From: Myxococcota bacterium
GTDB lineage: Bacteria > Myxococcota_A > UBA796 > CAJQPC01
NCBI GenBank assembly: GCA_036012755.1
Contig: DASCPX010000193.1
Coordinates: 1 to 64,000, forward strand
Reading direction: 5' to 3'
Length of the DNA stretch: 64,000 bases
Under the pieces are notes generated by a model. That model was given only the letters and a program-made list of their open reading frames with translations, made no database searches and was not told the origin of the DNA. The position numbers were made by a program, and so were the translations under genes. This document shows positions 19,884 to 28,865 of the stretch, piece after piece (positions within the stretch are counted from its first letter, which is position 1; the number at the start of each line of letters is the position of its first letter).

Positions 19884-22391
19884 ATGAGCCGGACCGCCCG
19901 CATCGCGCTCGTCGCCGCTGCCCTCGGCGGCATGGCCGCGGTCGGGGCGGAGGTGGTCTTCACCCGGCGGCTCGCGCTCATGTTCGGGGTCACCGCCCCC
20001 GCCGCCGCGACGGTGGTGGCGGTGTACATGGCGGGCATGGCCCTGGGCTCGGCCTGGGGCGGGCGCTACGCGGACCGACTGGCGTCGCGCGCCGGGCTCC
20101 TCTACGCCGCGGCGGAGGGCTTCGCCCTGGTCTGGGCGCTCTTGTTCCTGCCCTTCGCCGACGCGCTCAGCGCGATGATGGCCCGGCTGGACTCCAGCTC
20201 GACGATGCTGGCGGCAGGCATCGGCGCCATCGTGCTCGTCGGCCCCCCCGCCGTGGCCAGCGGCGTCACGTTCCCAGCGCTGACCCGCCTGGTCGCCGAC
20301 GAGGGACACCTCCGCCGGCTGATCGGCGCCAACTCCGCCGGCGCCGCCCTGGGGGCCCTGCTGGCCGGACTCTGGCTGCCCTCGCTGCTCGGCTACACCG
20401 GCACCCTCTGGATGGCCGGCGGCCTGAGCGCCGTCGCGGGGCTCCTGATGCTCGGCATCTCGCGGGGCCAGGCCCCGGAGACCTACGAGCCCCTCGCCGA
20501 GCCCAAGGACCCCCTGCCCTGGCAGCGAACCGCGGTGATCTACGCCGCCCTCGGCGCGACGGGCATGGCCGCCGAGATCGGCTGGACCCGCCTCCTGGAG
20601 CAGACCGGCCCCAACCCGGGAGCGCTGACCTTTCCCCTGGTGCTCGCGGCCTACCTCCTCGGCCTGGGCCTGGGCGGCGCCGCGCTCGAGCCACGACTCC
20701 GGGTCTTCGGAGAGCGCAAGGCGCTGGGCATCTGCGTTCTGATCAGCGGCTTCGCGACCCTCGGCGGGGTGCTCCTGCTGCCCCTGATCCCCCCCGAACA
20801 GATCATGGGCCACGCCGTGGGCGAGGGCCTCCTGAACAAGCAGGTCTTCCAGGTCACGGGCCTCCAGGTCTCCATCGATCGGCTCCTGGTCTACCTCGGC
20901 TCCTCGGGCCTGGCGGGCGTGGCCAGCGGCGCGGGCTACCCCATCGCCGCCTCCGCCCTGGCCCGAGCGCGCAAGGGGCTCGGCACCGGGGTCGGCGTGG
21001 TCTGGTCCTTCGGCACCCTGGCGGCGGTGGGCGCCAGCCTCTGGATGGGCTTCCTGCCCAGCTGGGGGCCCGGCACCGTGCGCAGCATGGCCCTGGCCGG
21101 CATCGCCGTGCTCGTCGCCGGGCTCCTGCTGCAGCGCTCGAAGTGGCGCATCGCCATCGCGGTGGCCTCCGCGCTGGTGCTCCTGGTCCCCCCGTGGGCG
21201 GGCCTGCAGATCCCCCACGGCGAGGAGGTGCTGGCCTTCCTCGAGACCGCCGCCGGGCCCAGCGCCGTGACCTTGCAGGAGGGCTCGGACATCCAGGCGC
21301 CCCAGGGCCCCAACGAGAACGCCAACCGACCGGCCACGGTGCACGCCCCCGACCAGGCCCAGGGGCTGCGCTGGATCTACACCCACGGCGAGCGCGTCCC
21401 GGGCTTCGCCTTGAGCCTGGAGATCCCCCTGGCGCTGCACCCCTCGCCCGAGCGGGTCGTGCTCATCGCCTTCGGCACCGGCGTCAACACGCCGCTGATG
21501 CTGGCGGACCCTCGCGTCACCGAGCTCACCGTCGTCGACATCGACCGCTCCCTGCCGCCCCTCGCCGAGCACATCCCCGGCGTCGGCGGCGGGCTCTTCG
21601 ACGGGGTGCGCAGCCGCTTCGTCAACGACGACGGCCGCCACTACCTGCGGGCGAGCACGGAGCGCTTCGACATCGTCTACAGCGACGTCGCCACCTACGC
21701 GCAGTACGTCGAGCTCGGCACGGTCGAGTTCTTCGAGCTCTGCCGGGATCGCCTCGCCCCCGGTGGCATGTTCGTGCTCAAGGTCCACACCGACACCCTG
21801 GAGGCCGAGGGCCAGGAGCGCTTCCTGGCCACCGTGCTGGAGGTCTTCGACCAGGTCCTGCTGGTCGACAGCCACGGGCCGATGCCGGTGCTCGTGGGCT
21901 TCCAGTCCACCCCGGATCGGGAGGCCTTCCTCGCCGCGGAGTCGGCGCTGATCGGGACCTACGGAGAGGCCTACCGCTCCCGGGTCGAGGGCTACCTGGT
22001 GCTCGATCGCGACGCCCTCGAGGCCCACCTCGCCCGCGGCCGTCCCAGCAGCGACGATCGGCCGATGCCGATGTCCACCGCGCTCGTGGGCCCCTACACC
22101 GAGGGCGCCTACGCCGCCTCCGGGCAGGACGACTTCTTCGCCGCCATCGACGCCGCCGGCCGCCCCCTCGGCGAGGTGCTCTGGGGCCTGCGGGGCGTCC
22201 GGCCGACCGCCTCGATCCGACCCGACAACCCGCCCCAGCCTCCCCACCGCGTGGGCTGGATCAAGAACCTCCTCATCGGCCTGGGCCTGGCCGAAGCCCC
22301 CGACACCGGGCCGCAGGACGTCGGCCCACCGCCCGAGCACCCCGGAGGACCCGGCCCCAAGGGTCCCCCGCTGCAGGGAGGCGCCCCCTGA
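19884..22391 (+). CDS. Fused multi-TM / spermidine synthase-like (class I SAM-binding) protein
   Basis: GGAGGAGG RBS; two EV.FTR / EI.WTR membrane repeats; VVLIAFGTG, VVDID, DDGRHYL, FDIVYSD, LAPGG. Confidence 0.85.
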   Translation: MSRTARIALVAAALGGMAAVGAEVVFTRRLALMFGVTAPAAATVVAVYMAGMALGSAWGGRYADRLASRAGLLYAAAEGFALVWALLFLPFADALSAMMARLDSSSTMLAAGIGAIVLVGPPAVASGVTFPALTRLVADEGHLRRLIGANSAGAALGALLAGLWLPSLLGYTGTLWMAGGLSAVAGLLMLGISRGQAPETYEPLAEPKDPLPWQRTAVIYAALGATGMAAEIGWTRLLEQTGPNPGALTFPLVLAAYLLGLGLGGAALEPRLRVFGERKALGICVLISGFATLGGVLLLPLIPPEQIMGHAVGEGLLNKQVFQVTGLQVSIDRLLVYLGSSGLAGVASGAGYPIAASALARARKGLGTGVGVVWSFGTLAAVGASLWMGFLPSWGPGTVRSMALAGIAVLVAGLLLQRSKWRIAIAVASALVLLVPPWAGLQIPHGEEVLAFLETAAGPSAVTLQEGSDIQAPQGPNENANRPATVHAPDQAQGLRWIYTHGERVPGFALSLEIPLALHPSPERVVLIAFGTGVNTPLMLADPRVTELTVVDIDRSLPPLAEHIPGVGGGLFDGVRSRFVNDDGRHYLRASTERFDIVYSDVATYAQYVELGTVEFFELCRDRLAPGGMFVLKVHTDTLEAEGQERFLATVLEVFDQVLLVDSHGPMPVLVGFQSTPDREAFLAAESALIGTYGEAYRSRVEGYLVLDRDALEAHLARGRPSSDDRPMPMSTALVGPYTEGAYAASGQDDFFAAIDAAGRPLGEVLWGLRGVRPTASIRPDNPPQPPHRVGWIKNLLIGLGLAEAPDTGPQDVGPPPEHPGGPGPKGPPLQGGAP

Positions 22392-23497
22392 ACCGCCGCC
22401 GCTGGCTCGGACGCGTCGGCCTGGTGGTCGGCGGCCTGCTCGTGGGCGCCGTGGCCGCGGAGCTCGGTGCGCGCATGCTCCAGCCCCGAGGCGCCTCGGA
22501 CCTGCTCTTCAACGCACCGGACAACAGCCCCCAAGGGCTCTACTCGGGGAGCCGCGAGCTCTTCTCCCTGCCTACGCCGGGCTTCACCGCGACCCAGACC
22601 TCCCTGGGGTACTCGGTCGACCTGCGCATCAACAGCCACGCCCTCCGCGGCCCCGAGCTCGGCGCGAAGAGCCAGCCCCGCTGGCTGGCGATCGGGGACT
22701 CCTTCACCTTCGCCGCCCAGGTCGCCGAAGAGGACAGCTTCACCGTGCTCTCCTCGGGGGCGCTCGGCCTCGAGGTCCTCAACGCCGGGGTCGACGGCTA
22801 CGGCACGTGGCAGGCAACGCGCCGCTACGAGCTCCTCGCCCAGGAGCTGGACCTGGACGGGGCGCTGCTGACCTTCTTCGTCGGCAACGACCTGACCGAC
22901 AACGACCACTGGCCGAACACGCGCCGCATCGCGGAGAACTTCGTCGAGGGGGAGCCGCTGGACCGGCTGCAGCGGGACCCCCTGACCGCGTGGCTGTCTC
23001 GCCACTCCTACCTCTACGGCCGGCTCCAGGTGCGCCGGGCCGCCGAGGAGCTGGCCAGCGGCAACTCCCCCAACCAGCTCCGCTGGCGCATGGAGCTCGA
23101 GCTCTTCCACGAGGACGGGGCCCATCGCCTCCGCGACATGGGCCGGACCACGCAGCAGGAGCTGCGCGACCTGCGGGACAAAGCGCGACGCAACGGCGAC
23201 GGGCTCCTCGTGGCGGTGGCGCCCCCGGCCTTCGCGGTCGACCAGGGCCGTGTCGCGCCGACCTTCGAGCTCGTCGGCCTCGACGCCGGGCAGGCCCGGG
23301 TCGAGGCCCCAGAAGAGGCGCTCATGGAGATCCTGGAGAGCGAGCGCATCTCCGCCTGCAACCTCGGCCCTCCCTTGAGGCAGGCGGAGAGCCAGGGGGT
23401 GCAGACCTACCTGGAGTACGACGGCCACTGGACCGTCGAGGGCCACCGGGTCGTCGCGGAGACCCTCGCGGCGTGTTGGGAGGCCCGGAGTCCCTGA
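22388..23497 (+). CDS. Membrane-anchored SGNH/GDSL hydrolase (AlgJ/AlgX-like)
   Basis: IGDSFT, NAGVDGYG, GND, DGHWTVEGH; N-terminal TM; start uncertain (CTG overlapping the upstream stop, or a nearby GTG). Confidence 0.82.
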   Translation: MNRRRWLGRVGLVVGGLLVGAVAAELGARMLQPRGASDLLFNAPDNSPQGLYSGSRELFSLPTPGFTATQTSLGYSVDLRINSHALRGPELGAKSQPRWLAIGDSFTFAAQVAEEDSFTVLSSGALGLEVLNAGVDGYGTWQATRRYELLAQELDLDGALLTFFVGNDLTDNDHWPNTRRIAENFVEGEPLDRLQRDPLTAWLSRHSYLYGRLQVRRAAEELASGNSPNQLRWRMELELFHEDGAHRLRDMGRTTQQELRDLRDKARRNGDGLLVAVAPPAFAVDQGRVAPTFELVGLDAGQARVEAPEEALMEILESERISACNLGPPLRQAESQGVQTYLEYDGHWTVEGHRVVAETLAACWEARSP

Positions 23498-23499
23498 GC

Positions 23500-25215
23500 T
23501 CAGCGTGGCAGGGGCGGCGCCCCCGGCATGAGCCAGAGGGCCAGGTTCCCGTCGTTGTAGGCGGGCTGGCCGAGCAGCTCCGAGATCCAGCTGCGGCGCT
23601 CCTCGAAGCCGATGGGCCGCTCGCCGGGCTTGGGCGGCTGCCCGCTGAAGAGCACGACGTAGTGGAAGCCCCCGGCGTCCTCGGCGCTCCAGTCGCGCCG
23701 AGCGGCCTGGCCCGGGTCCGAGATCAGGGCGGACAAGAGCTCGGACTGGGCCACGTTGTCGTCCCAGGCGCCGGGGATCGCACCTGGGAGCTGCCAGCCC
23801 ACCGCCGTGTCGATCGGCTGCTGGTGCCAGACCTGCCAGTGCAGCATGCCCGCCTTCACGTTCCTGGCGGGGAGCTGCAGCATCGGGTGCTGCCCGGGCT
23901 CGGCGCCCAGGCGCCGGAAGACCTCTGGCACCTCGACGGCCTCGGTCGGCACCGGAGGCAGGGCCGGGGAGAGGCGCAGCATCGCCGCGCCCTCGTAGAT
24001 GGACCACGGCGCCACCAGCGCGAGGGCCAGCCCACGCTGCCACAGGGGCCGACGGGTGGCCGCGAGGGCGCCGGCGACCACCGCGAAGCACGGCAGCAGC
24101 AGCATCGACCAGCGGTAGGGCCACCAGAAGCGCGAGAAGCCCGGCAGCAGGTCCAGCGCGCGGTGTGGCATCGGCACGGCCACGGGCTCGCCCCCGACCA
24201 TCCAGGGCAGCCAGAGGTAGCGCCCCAGGGAGAAGACGGCGGCCACCAGCCCCACGCCAGCCAGGAAGCGCGCGGGGCCGCGGAGCCGCCAGGCGCCTAG
24301 CGCCAGGACCGGCAGGGCGAGCAGCGGCCACCGCCTGGAGGCGTCGCGGTGGCTGGGCGCGAAGGGCCCCTCCAGGGCCCAGGGCAGCGCCATCGCGCCG
24401 TCGATCCCGCCCGCCTCCTGGGCGTTGAGCAGGCCGTGGTCCGAGCCCTGCACCGAGCCGATGACGACCGGGGCCAGGAAGGGCAGCGCCACAAGGAAGG
24501 AGGCAACCCCGACGATGAGCAGGTCCACCAGGGCTGCTCGGTCCAGGCGGCGCCGCGCAGCCCGGGCCAGGACGTCCAGGCCCAGCACCACCAGCAGCAT
24601 GTAGGCGCCCATCCAGTACACCGCGCCCGAGAGGCCCAGGGCGACGCCGGTGGCCACCGCGAGGCCCCGCGACCCCGGGCGCTCTCGGAGGCGGGCGTAG
24701 CCGACGAGAAAGGCGAGGATTGGTGCCAGCAGGGCCTGTTCCCCGCGCCCGGAGGCGCACTCGACCACGCCGAAGCAGAGAGAGGCCCCGACCAGGACCG
24801 CCAGCGCCGCGGAGACCCGGTCCCCCCCCAGCCGCCGCGTCGCCACGCCGGCGATGACGCCGGTCAGCGCGGTGAAGACGATGGCGGCGGCGCTGAGCGC
24901 TCCGACCGGCCCGACCGCCCAGGTCAACGGCACCGCCGCCAGCGGCGCACCGAGGTTCCAGATCGAGGCGCCGATCTGGGCCCCCATCGGCCAGAGGAGG
25001 TCCTCGGCCCAGAAGGGGTTCGACAGCGTCGCCACCGAGTCCGCGACCCGGTCGTACCACCAGATGCTCGTGATGACGTCCGGGTTGTGCAGCCCAACGA
25101 GGCTGTGGGTCCCGACCTGGGACGCGAGCGGCCAGGACATCAGGGCGGTCGCCGCGAGCGCCAGCGCGAGCCAGACCAGGGCCTCGATCCTGGGGGGGCG
25201 TTCCGGCGAGCTCAC
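23500..25215 (-). CDS. Polytopic membrane protein, GT-C-like glycosyltransferase (paralog 1)
   Basis: TM1 followed by PDVITSIWW...WPMG; ~12 TM; C-terminal soluble domain with QVWHQQP. Confidence 0.65.
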   Translation of the reverse strand: MSSPERPPRIEALVWLALALAATALMSWPLASQVGTHSLVGLHNPDVITSIWWYDRVADSVATLSNPFWAEDLLWPMGAQIGASIWNLGAPLAAVPLTWAVGPVGALSAAAIVFTALTGVIAGVATRRLGGDRVSAALAVLVGASLCFGVVECASGRGEQALLAPILAFLVGYARLRERPGSRGLAVATGVALGLSGAVYWMGAYMLLVVLGLDVLARAARRRLDRAALVDLLIVGVASFLVALPFLAPVVIGSVQGSDHGLLNAQEAGGIDGAMALPWALEGPFAPSHRDASRRWPLLALPVLALGAWRLRGPARFLAGVGLVAAVFSLGRYLWLPWMVGGEPVAVPMPHRALDLLPGFSRFWWPYRWSMLLLPCFAVVAGALAATRRPLWQRGLALALVAPWSIYEGAAMLRLSPALPPVPTEAVEVPEVFRRLGAEPGQHPMLQLPARNVKAGMLHWQVWHQQPIDTAVGWQLPGAIPGAWDDNVAQSELLSALISDPGQAARRDWSAEDAGGFHYVVLFSGQPPKPGERPIGFEERRSWISELLGQPAYNDGNLALWLMPGAPPLPR

Positions 25216-25258
25216 CGGCGGACCATACCCCGCCTCAACTCCATGCCATCATCCGCCC

Positions 25259-27022
25259 ATGGCCCTGGCCCGTCGCTGCTGGCCCCTGCTGGTCTTGGCC
25301 CTGGGCGCGCTGCTGCCGATGGCCAGGGTCCTGGCGGGCCCCCGCAGCCTGCTCGTCGGCACCGAGCTGAGCGATGTCTACAAGCACGCCTGGGCCTTCT
25401 GGCACGTCACCGAGACCCTCGGCTGGCCCCGCACGACGGCGCTGAACCACCCCGACGGCGGCCTCTTCCTGGACATGATGTGGGCGCCGGCGCTCTTGAT
25501 GCTCCCCGTCACGGCGGTGGGCGGCGCCGTGCTCTCGGCCAACCTGTGGATGTGGCTGTCGCTGTGGCTGGTCGGCGCCTGCACCTGGTGGCTCGCGCGG
25601 GAGCTCGTCGGCGACGGGGCCGGGGCGCTGCTCGGCGGGCTCGCCGCCCAAACCGCCACCCCGCTCCTCGGCTACCCGATGCTCAGCGGCGTGCACGAGC
25701 GCCTGGGGGTCTGGGTCTTTCCGCTGGTGGTGCTCATGCTGCTCCGCATCCGCGACCGGGGGGGGATCTGGGAGGTCGCCGTGGCCGCGGGCGGGCTGGG
25801 CTTCGTCGCCCTGGGCTGCCAGGCCTACGGGCTCTACGCCGGGGGCCTCCTGCTCATGGGCCTGCCCCTGTGGCTCGGCCACCCCCGCGACTGGCTGCCG
25901 CGGCTGAAGCGACTCGCCCCGGTGGGCCTCGCCCTGCTCCTGGTGATGGGCGCGGTCTACGCGGTCTCCTACACCCTCACCACCGATCCGGAGAGCCTGG
26001 TCCCGCAGCCCGGTCGCCTCGGTGAGGGTCCGAAGCTGATCCTGGACGCGGCCACCGTGGGCGGACTGCTGGACCCCCGCGTCGCCGCCTCGGTCCAGCC
26101 GACCCTAGGCGGTGACGAGCTCTACGTGCTCACCTACCTGGGCTGGATGGGGCTCGGCCTGGCGCTGGTGGGCGCCGCGCTCGCCCGCGGAGGCAGACGC
26201 TGGGACGTGCGCGGCCTGACCGCGCTGGCGCTCTTGATGGCGCTCCAGAGCCTTGGCCCCCACTTCCAGGTCGGCGCCCAGCACTTCGTGAACCCGCTGT
26301 TCGTGGCGATGGCGGCGGTGATCCCCCACTACGGCAGCAACCCCCCGGTCTGGCAGAACGTGCTCGCGGTCGCCCCCTTGCTGGCCCCGGGGATCGCCGC
26401 CGCGATCGAGCGCGCGCCGCGAGGCTCCTGGGCGCTCGCGGGCCTCGCTTGGGTGGCCATCGTCGCGGAGCGCGCCGCCACCCTGCCGGTGGCCTTCCCC
26501 CTGCCCGTCACCGCCGCCGAGGTCGCCGAGCCCTACGCCGCGATCGTCGAAGAGGGCGCCGTCGCCGAGGTTCCGCGCATCTACCGGGACCTCACCACCG
26601 CACACGGCTCGCTCTTCATCAGCCAGACCGCGCACGAGCGGCCGGTCCCACACACGATCAACATCGGCGCGAGCCCATGGGACAGCTACGCGCCCCTGGC
26701 CCGCGGGGTTGCTCGGGACTGGGGCGAGGCCGCGGCCTGCCTCAACGGCGCGGGCTACCGCTACCTCGTCGTCCACCGGGACCACTTCAGCGGACAGAGC
26801 GCCGCCGCAGAGGCCATCGACGGGCTGTCCCGCGCGGCGTCGGTGGTCGCGGACGATGGCGTCGTCGCGGTCTTCGATCTCGGGCCCGTGCCTGGGGAGA
26901 CCACCCACGCCGGCCCCGCGCTGTCCCGCTCCAGCATGGAGCTCGTCCAGCAGGGGCTCGCCGGTCGTCCCCTCCGCGTCGGCGACCTCCGACCCGACTG
27001 GACGCGCTGCCCCGCCCGCTGA
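25259..27022 (+). CDS. Polytopic membrane protein, GT-C-like glycosyltransferase (paralog 2)
   Basis: SDVYKHAW...HPDGG; many TM; C-terminal QTAHERP, GYRYLVVH. Confidence 0.65.
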   Translation: MALARRCWPLLVLALGALLPMARVLAGPRSLLVGTELSDVYKHAWAFWHVTETLGWPRTTALNHPDGGLFLDMMWAPALLMLPVTAVGGAVLSANLWMWLSLWLVGACTWWLARELVGDGAGALLGGLAAQTATPLLGYPMLSGVHERLGVWVFPLVVLMLLRIRDRGGIWEVAVAAGGLGFVALGCQAYGLYAGGLLLMGLPLWLGHPRDWLPRLKRLAPVGLALLLVMGAVYAVSYTLTTDPESLVPQPGRLGEGPKLILDAATVGGLLDPRVAASVQPTLGGDELYVLTYLGWMGLGLALVGAALARGGRRWDVRGLTALALLMALQSLGPHFQVGAQHFVNPLFVAMAAVIPHYGSNPPVWQNVLAVAPLLAPGIAAAIERAPRGSWALAGLAWVAIVAERAATLPVAFPLPVTAAEVAEPYAAIVEEGAVAEVPRIYRDLTTAHGSLFISQTAHERPVPHTINIGASPWDSYAPLARGVARDWGEAAACLNGAGYRYLVVHRDHFSGQSAAAEAIDGLSRAASVVADDGVVAVFDLGPVPGETTHAGPALSRSSMELVQQGLAGRPLRVGDLRPDWTRCPAR

Positions 27023-27025
27023 GCT

Positions 27026-28069
27026 TCAGCCCGGGCGGTTGCTGGTGGCGCAGCGGAAGCCGCTGGTCTTGCGCCGGACCTCAGCCTGGAACTGGTGCCG
27101 CTCCCCCGCCGGGTTGGGCCGGAGGTCGGTGAAGTAGCTGCCGCCGCGCACGGCCACGTAGATCGTCGGGGCCTCGACGCGGAGCCCCTCCCAGGTCTCC
27201 CCGACGAGGCGGCCCTCCGCGGCCTCCCAGGTCTCGACGCGGCCGTCCGACGTCCACTCCCAGACATTGCCGAAGAGGTCCTCTGCGCCGACGTGGCTGC
27301 GGCCTCCAGGGAAGGAACCCACCGGGGAGGTGGAGCGGTGGCCGTCGCTGTCGTCGAAGCCCTCGGACTCGATGGTGCCGTGGTTGAAGCGCGCCCCGTC
27401 GTAGTCGTCGCCCCACGGATAGACGCCGTCGCCGGGCCCCAGCGCTGCCAGCTGCCACTCGGCCTCTGTAGGCAGGCGCTTGCTCGCCCAGCGGCAGTAG
27501 GCCTGGGAGTCGTACCAGCTCACGAGCACCACCGGGTGGTCCCCGGTCCCCGGCGCGTAGTCGCCGCCGGACCAGTTCCAGTCCTCGTCGGAGTCGATCT
27601 CGCCGACCTGGGGCGGCCGGTAGCCCGTCTCGTCGAGGAACACCTTGTAGGCCTCGCGCGTGACCTCCGTCCGGTCGATCCAGAAGGCCTCGACCCGGGC
27701 CAGTCGTGGCTCGAGCTGCATGCCGTCGCGCATCTCCCAGCGCTCGAAGCTGCGATCGGCGGGACCGATCCGGCCCGGAAGACCGCCGGGACCTGGCGGC
27801 GGGCCGGCGCCTGGAGGAGGACCGGCGGCGCCTCCGGGCCCGGGTGGCCCGGGGCCGGGGGGCGCGCCGTGCGGGCCCGGCCCGCCCTCCTTCGAGGGGA
27901 CCTCGTCCGCGTCGCGGGCCTCCAGGAAGCTCGGCGTGCCCTCGACGGGCTCGAGCCACTTCGGGCCCAGCGTCACCACCCCCTCCGCGACCGGCACCAT
28001 GCCCTGGACGACCTCGACCGCAGCGGGGTGACCAGCCCCTCCGGAGGTGCATGCCAAGAGCTCGATCAC
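27026..28069 (-). CDS. FGE-sulfatase (SUMF1/EgtB/PvdO) domain lipoprotein with a Gly/Pro-rich insertion
   Basis: FWIDRTEVT, HPVVLVSW, RLPTEAEW, YPWG, GNVWEW, RGGSY, GFRCA; GTG start overlaps the upstream stop. Confidence 0.85.
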   Translation of the reverse strand: MIELLACTSGGAGHPAAVEVVQGMVPVAEGVVTLGPKWLEPVEGTPSFLEARDADEVPSKEGGPGPHGAPPGPGPPGPGGAAGPPPGAGPPPGPGGLPGRIGPADRSFERWEMRDGMQLEPRLARVEAFWIDRTEVTREAYKVFLDETGYRPPQVGEIDSDEDWNWSGGDYAPGTGDHPVVLVSWYDSQAYCRWASKRLPTEAEWQLAALGPGDGVYPWGDDYDGARFNHGTIESEGFDDSDGHRSTSPVGSFPGGRSHVGAEDLFGNVWEWTSDGRVETWEAAEGRLVGETWEGLRVEAPTIYVAVRGGSYFTDLRPNPAGERHQFQAEVRRKTSGFRCATSNRPG

Positions 28070-28836
28070 GGGCTCGGCTCCGGGGCGTAGGCGCAGCGGA
28101 AGCCAGTCGTGAAGGCCACCCGCGAGGGCTCGGCCGGCTCTCGGTGGGCGCAGGCGCAGTAGCTGGGGAGCGAGGTGAAGGAGCCGCCCTTGAGCACCCT
28201 CCAGGTGCCCTCCTCGGGCCCGCTCGGGTCGGTGGCGTCCCCAGTGGTGCCCTCGCGGTGGTACCAGTCCGCGGTCCACTCCCAGACATTGCCAGAGGCG
28301 TGGAGCAGCCCGTGCGGGGAGCGCAGGTCCGTCGCCTGGGAGGACACGGGCTGCGTGCCCACCGACTGGGCGAGTCCGTGCTTGCCGTAGTTGGACCAGG
28401 CCGGGCTGACCTCCTCGCTGTCTCCCCAGGGGAAGCGCCGCTGACCGTCCCCGCAGGCCGCGTGCTCCCACTGGGCCTCGGTGGGCAGGTGACCGCCCCG
28501 GGCCCGGCAAAAGGCCTCGGCCTCGAACCAGGTGACGGCGACCACAGGGTGGTCTCCGGAGCGCCCGGCGGCGCGCAGCTCGGCGCCCGCGCCGTTCGGA
28601 TGCTCCTGGGCCCAGGCCCAGCCCGCCTCGCTCCAGTGGGCCACTGTCTGGTAGCCCTCCTTCGCCCAGCTCTCGAACTGGGTGACGCTCACCTCCGCGC
28701 GGTCGATCCGGTAGTCGGACAGGGCGACCGTGCGCGGCGGCGCGTCCGGCTCCTGGGCGCCTCCTTGCTCGAAGCTCCCGGCGGGGATCTCCACGACGTC
28801 CATCCCCATCATCAGCGCCAGGAGCGTGAAGGCCAC
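28066..28836 (-). CDS. FGE-sulfatase (SUMF1/EgtB/PvdO) domain protein
   Basis: IDRAEVS, HPVVAVTW, LPTEAQWE, FPWG, GNVWEWTADWY, KGGSF, GFRCA. Confidence 0.88.
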   Translation of the reverse strand: MAFTLLALMMGMDVVEIPAGSFEQGGAQEPDAPPRTVALSDYRIDRAEVSVTQFESWAKEGYQTVAHWSEAGWAWAQEHPNGAGAELRAAGRSGDHPVVAVTWFEAEAFCRARGGHLPTEAQWEHAACGDGQRRFPWGDSEEVSPAWSNYGKHGLAQSVGTQPVSSQATDLRSPHGLLHASGNVWEWTADWYHREGTTGDATDPSGPEEGTWRVLKGGSFTSLPSYCACAHREPAEPSRVAFTTGFRCAYAPEPSP

Positions 28837-28841
28837 GCCCG

Positions 28842-28851
28842 AGCCTACCGT
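28842..28851. promoter_or_regulatory. Candidate symmetric bidirectional -10 element between divergent genes
   Basis: AGCCTACCGT reads TAGGCT on minus (5 nt before GTG 28836) and TACCGT on plus, sharing the central TA. Confidence 0.45.
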
Positions 28852-28865
28852 GCAAGGATGCCTCG

